DNA of 64,000 bases from Chloroflexota bacterium. Its GTDB lineage: Bacteria; Chloroflexota; Dehalococcoidia; Lucifugimonadales; JADFKI01. The position numbers were made by a program, and so were the translations under genes. Of this stretch, positions 49,981 to 60,209 are shown one piece after another. The notes below the pieces were generated by a model. The model ran no database searches and was not told where the DNA came from. It saw nothing but the letters and a program-made list of their open reading frames with translations. Within the stretch, counting starts at the first letter, position 1, and each line of letters opens with the position of its first letter. The DNA is taken from assembly GCA_027623195.1 (NCBI GenBank), contig JAQBUT010000003.1:95066-159065 (forward strand). The letters are read 5' to 3'.

Positions 49981-50012
49981 ATTATAATAGAACATAAGTA
50001 CGAAAAAAGCAA
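49981..50012 (-). promoter_or_regulatory. Sigma70-type promoter with overlapping LexA-like box
   Basis: Minus strand TTGCTT-N17-TATTAT(AAT); GAAC-ATAA-GTAC at 49990-50001 lies in the spacer. Confidence 0.7.
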
Positions 50013-50028
50013 CGTTCTGACGCTTCGC

Positions 50029-51579
50029 CTAACGCCCACTCCTCATAAAGTCCGCGACGCGCTCGCCGATCATCATGGTGGTGACGTTGGTGTTGGCGCG
50101 GACGCAGTCCGGCATCACGGAGGCGTCGGCGATGCGCAGGCCCTCAATGCCGTGCACCTTGTTGTACTGATCGACTACCGCCGTCGGCTCGGACGCAGGC
50201 CCCATTCTGCAGGTGCTGGTCAGGTGCTGCCCCGTGGTGATCTCCCGCATCAGCCACTCGTTCAGCGTGTCGTCGGATTCCAGGTCGGCGTCCGTCGGGT
50301 CGATGCGCTCCTCGATGATGTCCGCGAAGTCCGGGTGCTTGGCCATATCCACCGCCAGCCGCACGGCCTCCCGCGCCCTCTCCTTGTCGAAGGGGTCCTC
50401 CAGCAGGTGGTAGTCCAGGAACGGCTGCACGTGCGGGTCCGTGGAAACAAGCGTAATCTCGCCCTTGCTCTTTGCGAGGTACAGCCCGGCCGTGATCCGA
50501 ATGCCTATGGGCACCATGCGGTCGCCGCCCCTGTTCATGCGCTCCGTGGCGAAGTTGCTGGGCCACATCATCATGTCGTTGGGGAGGTCTGACCCGGTGG
50601 CGGTGTAACGCATGCCCACCTGAATGCGGGGGGCCATTCCATCCAGGGGAAAGTCCGGCTTCGTCCTGAAGTCGATGGAGATCAGGGGATGGTCGCTGAA
50701 GTTCTGTCCTACGCCCGGCAGGTCGTGCACAACAGGAACGCCTACCTTGTTGAGGTTGGCGGCAGGACCAACGCCCGAGAGCATCAGCAGGTGTGGATTG
50801 CCGATGCTGCCGCTGCTCAGCACAATCTCGTCGGCCTCGACAATGAACTTCTCGCCTGCGCTCTCGACCTCTATGCCGGTGACACGCTTTCCGTCGAATA
50901 TCAGCCGATGAGCCATGCAATCAGCCCTAATCGTGAGGTTGAGGCGGTGCCTGGCCAGGTTCAGGTGGCCCAGCGCGGTGCTGATACGAATGCCATTAGG
51001 GTTGTTGCTGGGGAAAGGCCCGATACCCGAAGCGTCGGGCTGATTGAAGTCGGGGCAGTCCGGGTGGCCAAGCTCTCTGCTGGCGTTGTAGAAGGCGGTC
51101 TGCGCGGGTAGCCACTCCTCCTTCTTGAATCGATGGCAGACAATCGGGCCGTCGGTGCCGTGAAAGTCGTCGTGGAAGTCCATGTCCGTCTCCAGCTTGC
51201 GGAAGAAAGGCAAAACCTTCTCGAATCCCCACTCGTCGTTGCCTAGCGACTCCCATAGCTCGAAGTCGTGGGTCTGGCCTCGCAGGAAGACCTGGCCGTT
51301 GATGGCGCTGGTGCCGCCCGTGACTTTGCCCCTGGGAACCAGCATCGGCTCCGATGTTTCCGTGCCCTTGCCTGTGAACTGCCAGTTGTGATCGTCGCTG
51401 ACCATGATGTCGGCGGCGGTGGCGTAGCCATACTTCAGCTCGTCGGGCAGCTTGTCGAAGTCGGGGTAGTCCGGGCCGGCTTCCAGAAGGAGAACCGAGC
51501 GCTCCGGGTCCTCTGACAGCCTGCTGGCTACGACGCTTCCGGCTGAGCCTGCACCTACGACGATGACATCGTACTTCAT
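50029..51579 (-). CDS. GMC oxidoreductase, paralog 2
   Basis: Same GMC motifs; start MKYDV at 51579 with GGGGGAGA RBS. Confidence 0.93.
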   Translation of the reverse strand: MKYDVIVVGAGSAGSVVASRLSEDPERSVLLLEAGPDYPDFDKLPDELKYGYATAADIMVSDDHNWQFTGKGTETSEPMLVPRGKVTGGTSAINGQVFLRGQTHDFELWESLGNDEWGFEKVLPFFRKLETDMDFHDDFHGTDGPIVCHRFKKEEWLPAQTAFYNASRELGHPDCPDFNQPDASGIGPFPSNNPNGIRISTALGHLNLARHRLNLTIRADCMAHRLIFDGKRVTGIEVESAGEKFIVEADEIVLSSGSIGNPHLLMLSGVGPAANLNKVGVPVVHDLPGVGQNFSDHPLISIDFRTKPDFPLDGMAPRIQVGMRYTATGSDLPNDMMMWPSNFATERMNRGGDRMVPIGIRITAGLYLAKSKGEITLVSTDPHVQPFLDYHLLEDPFDKERAREAVRLAVDMAKHPDFADIIEERIDPTDADLESDDTLNEWLMREITTGQHLTSTCRMGPASEPTAVVDQYNKVHGIEGLRIADASVMPDCVRANTNVTTMMIGERVADFMRSGR

Positions 51580-51767
51580 TGATCTCCCCCTCAAAATTTT
51601 TTGGATGAATTTGCAATCTTGGTGGGATGTTATTCTTCGCAAAAGGCTTCGTCAACAGGTTGGTCTAAATCAGTTCTTGACACGGCGCGACCCGTTGATT
51701 AGATTGGCGGGAATACCCCAACGATGCTGACCTGACGTTGGAATTCGCCGTCTAAAAAAGGAGACTA

Positions 51768-52172
51768 ATGAACCAGGATATTATTCAGCACAACTTAGAT
51801 ATGGTTGCAGCACATTTCCATAGCGAGGAGCTTAACGAGGTGGAGGAGGCGCTAAAGCTATATACCGACGATATTGTCTGGGAGGCTCCCAACCGGAATC
51901 TCAAATTCGTCGGCAAAGAGGACGTGGGCAATAACTACCGGCGTATGTTCGCTTCCGCCGAGGGCGTAGCCTTCCAGACGCTACAGCGGTTTGCAACCGA
52001 GGACCGCGTGGTGGACGACAGCATCGTCACCATGAAGTTGACGGGCGATGGGTTCGAGAACTTCCCGGTTCGCGTGGGTTCCAACGTGGAGATGAGGCTG
52101 GTCCACATTTTCGAGATGCGCGACGGCCTCATCTCCAGGGAGATAGCCTTCGAAATGGCCAACGCCGTCTAG
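51768..52172 (+). CDS. SnoaL/NTF2-like fold protein
   Basis: 'LYTDDIVWE..G...V...Y..MF...VVDD...HIFEMRDGLISRE' pattern; AGGAG RBS. Confidence 0.82.
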   Translation: MNQDIIQHNLDMVAAHFHSEELNEVEEALKLYTDDIVWEAPNRNLKFVGKEDVGNNYRRMFASAEGVAFQTLQRFATEDRVVDDSIVTMKLTGDGFENFPVRVGSNVEMRLVHIFEMRDGLISREIAFEMANAV

Positions 52173-53716
52173 CGTCCGTTCATCATGAAGTCGGCCACGC
52201 GCTCACCGATCATCATGGTGGGCACGTTGGTGTTGGCCCGTATGCAGTCTGGCATTATGGAGCAGTCGGCTACTCGCAGGCCCTCGATGCCGTGGACCTT
52301 GCCAAGCTGGTCTACAACCGCCATCGGGTCAGACGCCGGGCCCATCTTGCAAGTGCAGGAGATGTGGTGGCCTGTCGTCACTGTGCGCAGCATCCAGTCC
52401 TCCAACGACTCCTCCGTGGCCAGCTCCGCCTCAGTCGGATAGATGCGCTCCTGGATAATGTCCGCTAAGTCGGGGTGTTCGGCCAGCTTCATGCAAATCT
52501 GCACCTGGTCCTTCATGCGCTGCATATCGAAGGGGTCGTCCAGCAGGTGGTAATCGAGGAACGGCTGCTGGTCCGGGTCGGACGACTGCAAGCGTAACTC
52601 ACCAGCGGCCTTGGCCAGGTACAGGTGGGCGATCATTCCTATGCCCAAAGGCCTGTCAGTGGGCGAGCCCCGGTCGATGCGTTCAGTGGCGTATGAAATC
52701 ATGATGATCATCATGTCGTTACGCAGATCGGACCCGGCGGCGGTGTAGCGTACGGATAGGCCTGAGCGGGCCATGCGGTCCAGTTTGTGTTCAGGTTTCG
52801 TCTTCCAGGCCAGGTAAAGCGACGGGTGGTCGCGCAGGTTCTGTCCCACGCCGGGTAGGTCGTGCACCACTGGTATGCCGTGCTCCCGCAGGTGCGCAGC
52901 CGGACCAACGCCGGACAGCATCAGCAGGTGAGGGGAGCCTACGGGGCCGGCGCTCATGACGATCTCGTTGGCCTCTACTGTGAATCGCTCGCCTGCGCTT
53001 TCCACGTCCAGTCCCACGGCGCGCTTGCCCTCGAATATGATCCTTCGCACAAGGCAGTTGCTCTTGATGGTCAGGTTGAGGCGGTGGCGCGACATTCCCA
53101 GGTAGCCGATGGCGGTGCTTACGCGTACGCCGTCCAGGTCGTTCTTGGGCATGGGGCCAACGCCGGTGGAGTCGGGATTGTTGTGGTCGGGGACATCGGG
53201 GAAGCCCTCAGCTCGGCAGGCGTTGTAGAAGGCCTCCTGAGCCTCGCCCCAACTCTCGCGTTTTGGACGCACCGCGATGATAGGCCCATCCGTGCCGTGG
53301 TAGTCGTCTTGGAAATCGAGGTCGTTCTCCAGCTTGCGGAAGAAGGGCAGCACCTTCTGGTAGCCCCACTCGTCGTTGCCCCAGGAAGCCCAGGTGTCGT
53401 AGTCGTCGGCCTCGCCCCTCAGGAAGATCTGCGCGTTGATGGCGCTGGAGCCGCCTGTTACCTTGCCCCTAGGGACGGTCATAGGCCCACCGCGATCTGT
53501 GGCCTTGCCTACGAATTTCCAGTTGTGGTCACTGTCGGAAATCTGTTTGTTCGAGATTGAGTAGTTATGGCGCACCTCTTCGGGTAGGTGATCCAAGTTG
53601 GGGAAGTCGGCCCCTGCCTCAAGCAGTAGCACCGACTTTGTCGGGTCTTCGGTTAGGCGAGCGGCGATGATTGCGCCCGCAGAGCCAGCGCCCACAACAA
53701 TGTAATCGTATTTCAT
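52169..53716 (-). CDS. GMC oxidoreductase, paralog 3
   Basis: GMC motifs; start MKYDY at 53716 with GAGGA RBS. Confidence 0.93.
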   Translation of the reverse strand: MKYDYIVVGAGSAGAIIAARLTEDPTKSVLLLEAGADFPNLDHLPEEVRHNYSISNKQISDSDHNWKFVGKATDRGGPMTVPRGKVTGGSSAINAQIFLRGEADDYDTWASWGNDEWGYQKVLPFFRKLENDLDFQDDYHGTDGPIIAVRPKRESWGEAQEAFYNACRAEGFPDVPDHNNPDSTGVGPMPKNDLDGVRVSTAIGYLGMSRHRLNLTIKSNCLVRRIIFEGKRAVGLDVESAGERFTVEANEIVMSAGPVGSPHLLMLSGVGPAAHLREHGIPVVHDLPGVGQNLRDHPSLYLAWKTKPEHKLDRMARSGLSVRYTAAGSDLRNDMMIIMISYATERIDRGSPTDRPLGIGMIAHLYLAKAAGELRLQSSDPDQQPFLDYHLLDDPFDMQRMKDQVQICMKLAEHPDLADIIQERIYPTEAELATEESLEDWMLRTVTTGHHISCTCKMGPASDPMAVVDQLGKVHGIEGLRVADCSIMPDCIRANTNVPTMMIGERVADFMMNGR

Positions 53717-53894
53717 ATTCCTCTTTCTTTTGGGTGGCCATGAGAACGCGCTCACCTTGGAACTGATGTAGGCGACGTGCATGCAACTGCACGTCTTGGC
53801 CATGTGGGATTACAGTCTTTATCCTGGGATATTTGCCCTATACCGTTATGCGTTCTACCTCAGGCCGAAGCAGCCTAAGATGGATTTATCTAAC

Positions 53895-54938
53895 CTACTT
53901 TGACCGCCCGAGAGCCACCATGCGCACGCGGTGATTAATGCCGTCGGCAATGAACAGGTTACCCTGGCTATCTATGGCGCAGCCGTGAGGGCGGTCCAGA
54001 CACGCATCGGTGGCATATCCACCGTCGCCTGCGCCTCCCTGTCTTCCGCCGGCGATAGTGGTCACTATACTGGTCTTGGCGTCGATACGACGAATGGCGT
54101 GGTTCTCTGTGTCCACAACCATGACGTTATCCTCATTGTCGCAACGGATAGCCTTGGGTGCTCCCCAGGTGGCTTCCAGGGCCGGGCCGCCATCGCCGCT
54201 ATATCCCGCTTCTCCAGTGCCAGCGAAGGTCGATATTACGCCGTTTGCATCTACCAGGCGGACGCCATTGCCCTCTCGCTCGCAAATGTATGTGTTGCCC
54301 CGGCTATCCATGCATACCGCCCTGGGACCCATGATTGACGCTTCAGTGGCGAGTCCGCCGTTTCCACATCTTAGTTTCTCCCCATTTCCTGCGAACGTAG
54401 TTATGAACCCAGTTTCCAGGTCCAGACGGCGAATACGCTGATCCTGGATGTCGGCAATGAGCAGACCGCCCTTACCATCGAGAAAGCAGTCGTTTGGTTC
54501 CCTTAACTGGGCCTTGGTCCCAAGGTTACCGTCGCCGCCGTAACCTGGCACGCCCGTTCCCGCCACGGTGGTAATGATGCCCGAAGCGGCGTCGAGCTTT
54601 CGGATGACAGCGTTCAGGCGGTCAACTACGTAAATGTCGACATTGGTGTCGACATCCAATGAGTAAAGGTTATTAAATGTCGCCTGAGCTGCCTGTCCGC
54701 CGTCTCCTGAATAGCCCTCAACACCTGTTCCGACGACGGTGGTTATCACACTGGTGTTTCGGTCTATCCGCCTCACGGTATGGGTTCGGCCATCCGAAAT
54801 GTACATGTTATCCCCGGCGTCGAAGGCGACTCCATAGGCCTCCCCAATCATGGCCAGTCTGGCGGGACCTCCGTCGCCGCTGTATCCGCCCTCGCCGGTT
54901 CCCACAACGGTCTGTATTATTCCGATTTCAATATCCAT
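53895..54938 (-). CDS. NHL-repeat beta-propeller protein
   Basis: About six repeats of 'ITTVAGTG..GYSGDGG.A..A....P.....D..G....D..N..IR.ID'. Confidence 0.88.
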   Translation of the reverse strand: MDIEIGIIQTVVGTGEGGYSGDGGPARLAMIGEAYGVAFDAGDNMYISDGRTHTVRRIDRNTSVITTVVGTGVEGYSGDGGQAAQATFNNLYSLDVDTNVDIYVVDRLNAVIRKLDAASGIITTVAGTGVPGYGGDGNLGTKAQLREPNDCFLDGKGGLLIADIQDQRIRRLDLETGFITTFAGNGEKLRCGNGGLATEASIMGPRAVCMDSRGNTYICEREGNGVRLVDANGVISTFAGTGEAGYSGDGGPALEATWGAPKAIRCDNEDNVMVVDTENHAIRRIDAKTSIVTTIAGGRQGGAGDGGYATDACLDRPHGCAIDSQGNLFIADGINHRVRMVALGRSK

Positions 54939-55089
54939 CTATCTTACCATTCTCGAAATCTATACTTAGAGGTATTTCTGCTGCAGATTCTAACTGGTCA
55001 GTCTATGAATAAGGTTGAATGTCGAAAATGACGTGTTCCTCTTCGTCCGATTATATACAGGCCAATGTCGACTTCTTAGATTCTGGTTA

Positions 55090-55200
55090 TTACGAATATC
55101 TACTGAAGTCGAATTGGCTCCAGAAGTTGTTCTCGCATTCGCCGCGTAGCTGGTCCAGGGTGCGCCATGGGAAGTTGGCGGCCTGCTGCTGAGGCGGCAT
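55090..55200 (-). pseudogene. Displaced duplicate of the phosphotransferase 3' end (36-codon ORF)
   Basis: MPPQQQAANFPWRTLDQLRGECENNFWSQFDFSRYS* aligns with MPLGVQASEFPWRTLDQLRHEVENDFWSQFDFNRYT*. Confidence 0.8.
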
Positions 55201-55203
55201 ATG

Positions 55204-55905
55204 CTAAATCGATTTTCGGCCAACGATGAATTGTGTTTCATTTCGAAAGCTACGCGGACCTTCTCCAAACGGCCACATAGAGGCCAGCGCAGCGTCCTTC
55301 GCTTGCTGTTTGCGTTCCGTGGACAATCTAGCGGTGGTGACACCAGCGAAAACATCCCAGGCCATCGCGAAACTGTCTACGTCAAATCCGAGCGTTTCCT
55401 TCTCCACGTGAGCGTCGATGCCTACATCAGCCAATTGCTGGAGGAATTGATCAGGGTTGGCCATGGCGCCGGGGCCGACTCCAGAGACCGGTGGAGTTTC
55501 CGCAAACCTTCCTGCTATTTGCTGAAACCTGACAAGATCGCACTGGTCTGGTCCGGTCCAAACTGACGCAACCAAACGACCCCCAGGACGAAGCACGCGG
55601 GCGATCTCACGGGCCGCCGCAGCACGATCAACTACAAACATTAGACATAGAGAGGCCAGAACGGCGTCGAAAGCGTCATTATCCGCCGGAATGGACTCCG
55701 CTCTGCCTTCACGCAGTATCACGTTGGTTAGTCCAAGGGTACCGATTTGATTTCGCGCAATGGTGAGCATCTCAGGACTAATATCTACACCAACGATTTG
55801 TCCTGTCGGGCCGACATGAGCCGCGGCGCGCTCCACGACAATGCCAGTGCCAGTGCCGATGTCGAGGACAGACTCACCTTCGGATGACTCTAATCTGCTC
55901 ATCAC
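55204..55905 (-). CDS. Class I SAM-dependent methyltransferase (UbiE-like), N-terminus possibly truncated
   Basis: VLDIGTGTG only about 12 residues from the start; GVDIS, FDAV, RVLRPGG motifs. Confidence 0.82.
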   Translation of the reverse strand: MMSRLESSEGESVLDIGTGTGIVVERAAAHVGPTGQIVGVDISPEMLTIARNQIGTLGLTNVILREGRAESIPADNDAFDAVLASLCLMFVVDRAAAAREIARVLRPGGRLVASVWTGPDQCDLVRFQQIAGRFAETPPVSGVGPGAMANPDQFLQQLADVGIDAHVEKETLGFDVDSFAMAWDVFAGVTTARLSTERKQQAKDAALASMWPFGEGPRSFRNETQFIVGRKSI

Positions 55906-55906
55906 G

Positions 55907-56956
55907 CTAGGTGTAGCGATTAAAATCGAACTGGCTCCAGAAGTCGTTCTCTACTTCATGCCGTAGCTGGTCCAGGGTGCGCCACGGGAATTCGGAAGCC
56001 TGCACCCCTAGTGGCATGGCTCCAAATGAATCATCCGAAGCTCGATCGAAGTAGACACTCAGGTGCCGCCGGTTCAGCATGTTCGGGATTTTTTCGATCC
56101 AATGGGACGCCAGGGAGTTCTCCGAGCGGTAGCCTTCCATGAAAGCCTGCATGAAGTAATCCAGGAAGGACTGGCTGTCCATGCTTGGGCCGCCAGACCA
56201 GTACTCGTCCTTGCCTAGTTCGTGAAAACGCGACTGGCATATGACGACGTTCTGAATAATGGCCGCGAAGTCCATGGCGAACCAGTCGTACTGCAGGTTG
56301 TCAAAGTCGAACGGCCATATGTCTGACCCGTCCCAGAAGAAGTTCCAATTGTGGAGGTCAGTGTGCACCAGCCCGAAGCAGTCCTCGTCCGTGGGGAGGG
56401 ACATCAGCCAGTCCCTGTGTTGCTGTCGCTTGTCTATAAGGGACTGATCGACGCCCGGCGTAGATATCGAAAAATCCCAGTGGCTGTCCTGATGCCAGTC
56501 TGGTCTGCGCCACGCCTCGTTGGACGGCTGATAGCCTTTGGTCAGCCGATGCATCTTGCCAAGGACGGCGCCCCACTTGGCGAATTTTTCAGATGACCAT
56601 TGGGTCCACTCTACTAATGCACCCGGGGCTTTCTGGAAGGCCCAAGCTACGAAATCTCCTTCAGATGCTGAAATTATCTCTACCATACCACCCGACGCCG
56701 AAGGGATCGGCTTACTAACCGTAACGCCACGCGAGGCCAAAAAACCCAAAAAATCTTGCTCACCGCTGATCTGGTTGGCGGTGCGGTGCAGCGTGTGGGT
56801 TATCTTCATTACAACGTGGTCGCCGCCGCGGTCGTAGTCGTAAACGTAGCTGTGGCTGCCGTTCATAGGCGTCCACGTCGCGCCCGCGAGCCCGAAGCGA
56901 CGCTCCGCCTCGACGCGGACCTCGTCGCTGAACAGATGCCGAAAGCGTTGGAGCAT
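55907..56956 (-). CDS. Phosphotransferase (APH/homoserine kinase type II family)
   Basis: LGKMH, HTDLHNWN Brenner motif, FDFD; start placed at ATG 56956 with AGGAG upstream. Confidence 0.85.
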   Translation of the reverse strand: MLQRFRHLFSDEVRVEAERRFGLAGATWTPMNGSHSYVYDYDRGGDHVVMKITHTLHRTANQISGEQDFLGFLASRGVTVSKPIPSASGGMVEIISASEGDFVAWAFQKAPGALVEWTQWSSEKFAKWGAVLGKMHRLTKGYQPSNEAWRRPDWHQDSHWDFSISTPGVDQSLIDKRQQHRDWLMSLPTDEDCFGLVHTDLHNWNFFWDGSDIWPFDFDNLQYDWFAMDFAAIIQNVVICQSRFHELGKDEYWSGGPSMDSQSFLDYFMQAFMEGYRSENSLASHWIEKIPNMLNRRHLSVYFDRASDDSFGAMPLGVQASEFPWRTLDQLRHEVENDFWSQFDFNRYT

Positions 56957-57042
56957 TTCTTCGAGGCTCCTACGAGTCCACTGAGATAGGCTTGCTCGCA
57001 ACGTTTGGCGGTGTATGTTTCTCCGGCAAAAGAGGCAACCGT

Positions 57043-58566
57043 CTATTGGCCTTGCTTGATGAAGTCTGCCACACGCTCACCGATCATAATAGTGGTGACG
57101 TTGGTGTTGGCCCGCACGCAGTCGGGCATGATTGACGCGTCCGCCACCCGCAGACCCTCGATGCCGTGCACCTTGCCTCGCTGGTCCACTACGGCCATGG
57201 GGTCGGCGGCTGGACCCATCTTGCAGGTCGCGGAGATGTGGTGCATGGTGGAAACAGTTCGACGAATCCAGGCGTCCAGATCGTCGTCGGAGTCTAGCTC
57301 TTGCCGAGATGGCTGGTTTAAGTTCTTGATGATCTTGCCGAAATCCGGGTATTCGGACAGTCGGACGCACTGATGGACTCCAGAACGCAGGCGTTCCAGA
57401 TCGAAAGGGTCAGACAGGTAATTGTAGTCCAGTACTGGCTGTACGTCGGGGTCTGACGATGCCAGCGTGAGCGAACCCGCGGATTTTTCCAGGTAGATTC
57501 CCACGGACATGATGAGCATGCGCGTCTCGTTGTTGAAGCGCATTACTACGATCATATCCCTGTCCAGGTCCGAGCCCTCAGCCTTGTAGCGCAGTGCCAC
57601 CTTTTGTGCGCCCACGCCCTCGGGAGGAATCGGGTATTCATCCTGGCATTCCCACCAGACGTGAACGGCGGGATGGTCGCGCATGTTCTGCCCAACGCCA
57701 GGCACGTCGCGGACGACGGCGATGCCGTAAGTCTCCAACTGCTCGCGTGGGCCTATGCCGGAGAGCATAAGCAGGTGTGGAGAGCCTATAGCCCCCGCGC
57801 TCAATACCACTTCATCGGCAAATACCTTAAATATCTCGCCGGCGCTTTCTACTTCGACACCCACAGCGCGACCGTTCTCTATCAGCACCCGCCGTGTCAG
57901 GCAGTTTGGCTTGATCGTGAGGTTCAGCCGATGGCGGGACGGATTCAGGTAGCCAAGGGCCGTGCTCCACCGGATGCCGTTGGGGTTGTTTAGCGCGTAA
58001 GGACCAACGCCGGTGGCGTCCGGGTGGTTGTGGTCGGAGTTGGCGGGGAATCCAGCATCCAGGCAGGCGTTATAGAAGGTTAGCTGGTCCGTGAGCAGGT
58101 CTTCTAACTTATGACGCCTCGTCATCATGGGGCCGTCGCTGCCGTGGAAATCGTCCTGGTAGTCCAGGTCGGTCTCCAGCTTGCGGTAGTAGGGCAGCAC
58201 CTGCTCGAAACTCCACAGATCGTTGCCCATGCTAACCCAACGGTCGAAGTCGTCGGGAATGGCCCGGAGGAACACTTGGCCGTTTATGGCGCTGGTGCCT
58301 CCCATGACCTTACCCCTGGGCACGTCCATAGGGGGCGCATCGTCGGTGGCGCGGCCGGTGAACAGCCAGTTGTGGCGGTCCTCTATGTTGAAGAAGTCTG
58401 CGCCTGTGCCCAAGCCGAGCTTGATGTCGTCGGGCATGCTATCGAAGTCCGGGTAGTCGGAGCCAGCCTCAAGCAGGAGCACCGCGCGGTCCGTGTCTTC
58501 AGAGAGCCTCGCCGCTATAGCCGCGCCTGCCGAGCCGCCTCCCACCACGATGACGTCGTATTTCAT
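57043..58566 (-). CDS. GMC oxidoreductase, paralog 4
   Basis: GMC motifs; MKYDV start. Confidence 0.93.
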   Translation of the reverse strand: MKYDVIVVGGGSAGAAIAARLSEDTDRAVLLLEAGSDYPDFDSMPDDIKLGLGTGADFFNIEDRHNWLFTGRATDDAPPMDVPRGKVMGGTSAINGQVFLRAIPDDFDRWVSMGNDLWSFEQVLPYYRKLETDLDYQDDFHGSDGPMMTRRHKLEDLLTDQLTFYNACLDAGFPANSDHNHPDATGVGPYALNNPNGIRWSTALGYLNPSRHRLNLTIKPNCLTRRVLIENGRAVGVEVESAGEIFKVFADEVVLSAGAIGSPHLLMLSGIGPREQLETYGIAVVRDVPGVGQNMRDHPAVHVWWECQDEYPIPPEGVGAQKVALRYKAEGSDLDRDMIVVMRFNNETRMLIMSVGIYLEKSAGSLTLASSDPDVQPVLDYNYLSDPFDLERLRSGVHQCVRLSEYPDFGKIIKNLNQPSRQELDSDDDLDAWIRRTVSTMHHISATCKMGPAADPMAVVDQRGKVHGIEGLRVADASIMPDCVRANTNVTTIMIGERVADFIKQGQ

Positions 58567-58575
58567 GTAGCTGCC

Positions 58576-59475
58576 TCAGTCTGATTTCATATTGCCAAGG
58601 GCCTTCGGATCGGCAAAGGCCATTTCGATAGTCTGATCCACGTCTGGCGGCGTTAAGCCCAGATCGTTTCGTAGTCGGCTGGTGTCCATAGACGTGTGCC
58701 GCCGAATTCTTTCTGAATATCCGGCCTCGGCTGCCTTGATCGGACGTACAAGGTCGGGCGACGCCCCCAGCACCCGCGCGCCTACTGTTGCGATGTCTGC
58801 GTATAATACATCTTTTTCGCCGGATATCTGCCAGGTCCGCCCCGCTGGCTGATCAATAATTGCGGCTAGCGCTTTTGAGGCGAAGGAGACTGACACGGGG
58901 GCCATGGTCATGTCAGAAAATGGCGTTATGGAGTCTCCAGCACGTAGTGAATTCGTCCATCCATGTATGAGGGCGTTTCCGGGTGTCAGGACGTTGCTCA
59001 AGCGGACAATTGCGAAGGCGATTCCAAGGGCCGAGAGCCTGTATTCGGCGTCTGCCTTTTGCCTGCCGTACTCGGTTATGGGCGATAGCCGAGTATCTTC
59101 GGCGGCCAGAGGTGTTTCGCCGTCAAATACGTGACCGCTGGAGAGGAAGAAGACGGGGGAGCCGGTGTAGACCATACGTCTGGCCAGCATGACTGTTGCG
59201 GCTACGTTAATGGCGGCCGTTTCCGAGGGGTTGTCGGCGCACTCTCCCACGCTGCTTATCCCGGCGCACAGGACGGTTGCTGTCACGCCCTGCGGTACGG
59301 GCCAGGCTTCGATGTCTCCGGCCATGTCCAGAAATAGGGTTGAATCGTCAACGCGGTCCCGCCTCCGGGTGGTGCCGATGACGTGGCGACCCTGCGCTTC
59401 GAGTCGTGTGCGCAGGTGGCTTCCGATGTTCCCGTCGCTGCCGATGATGAGGGTTTTTGGGGGTGTGTTAGACAT
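58576..59475 (-). CDS. RmlD-like NAD(P)-dependent sugar-nucleotide reductase
   Basis: LIIGSDGNIG, FLSS.HVFDG, YGRQK motifs; start placed at MSNTPPK. Confidence 0.82.
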   Translation of the reverse strand: MSNTPPKTLIIGSDGNIGSHLRTRLEAQGRHVIGTTRRRDRVDDSTLFLDMAGDIEAWPVPQGVTATVLCAGISSVGECADNPSETAAINVAATVMLARRMVYTGSPVFFLSSGHVFDGETPLAAEDTRLSPITEYGRQKADAEYRLSALGIAFAIVRLSNVLTPGNALIHGWTNSLRAGDSITPFSDMTMAPVSVSFASKALAAIIDQPAGRTWQISGEKDVLYADIATVGARVLGASPDLVRPIKAAEAGYSERIRRHTSMDTSRLRNDLGLTPPDVDQTIEMAFADPKALGNMKSD

Positions 59476-59560
59476 CGGTGGATATGATAGTGCAGCGATG
59501 GGTCGTAAGGAAACACTTTGACTGGTATGTCCGTATGTCTCGGAATGCGAAATGGACAAA

Positions 59561-59595
59561 CAAAAGACCCTGCCAATTACGGGCGGGGCCTTTTG
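59561..59595. terminator. Terminator hairpin
   Basis: CAAAAGACCCTGCC...GGCGGGGCCTTTTG. Confidence 0.7.
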
Positions 59596-59623
59596 CTTCC
59601 TGGGTTTCTAGGGGAAACTAAAA

Positions 59624-59893
59624 CTAGGGGAGGTCGTCGCTTCGGCACTCCGCGCACCAGCACTTGGGTCCCTGGTGAAAGATACCGTCGAACAGCATAC
59701 TGACCATGTCGCGCTCGGTCAGGCTGAAGGAGTCGCCTATCTCCGCGAAGTTGCGAAATCGGATCTCTCTGTCATCCTCTTCCGTGGCGGTGAGGACGTC
59801 GCCATGTACGATGACTCGCTCCGCATACTCCTTGAGTATGTTTAGGTCATGTCCCATCAGGTCGTCGGGGTTGCGCGAGGCTCGGGTTCCCAT
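59624..59893 (-). CDS. Hypothetical protein with C-terminal CxCxxC
   Basis: GGAGG RBS before MGTRASRN; followed by a terminator. Confidence 0.65.
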   Translation of the reverse strand: MGTRASRNPDDLMGHDLNILKEYAERVIVHGDVLTATEEDDREIRFRNFAEIGDSFSLTERDMVSMLFDGIFHQGPKCWCAECRSDDLP

Positions 59894-60209
59894 TATGAGG
59901 TTCCTCCGTCGGAGCCCCTCCAACATCACTGTTGAGAGGCCACATTTATAAGTAGCATGTAATGCAATCTCTTTTCCAGTTTATAAAAGGTATGTTTATA
60001 GAAAAACGGTAGTTACTCGTATTCCTATGTATTGTTGGCGTGGGTACAGGTAGGTGTTTATACGCAGTTGTAGTCCACAATGAAGGCACGGAGGCACCTA
60101 CTGGCGTAAAAGCTGGTGAGGAATGACTGGCGCAGAACGACTGGGTTTAACTAGAACTTGGAACGCTGGATTAGCCCAAGCTATCGGAAAAGGGTAGCGA
60201 CGTTGAAGA

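Noticed and set aside
50144..51655. Long alternative-frame ORFs over GMC paralog 2
   Set aside because: Arg/Gly-rich off-frame products of high-GC3 codons with no motifs
53895..54938. Periodic nucleotide repeats as a CRISPR or tandem array
   Set aside because: Degenerate in-frame NHL protein repeats; no identical repeats with spacers and no cas genes
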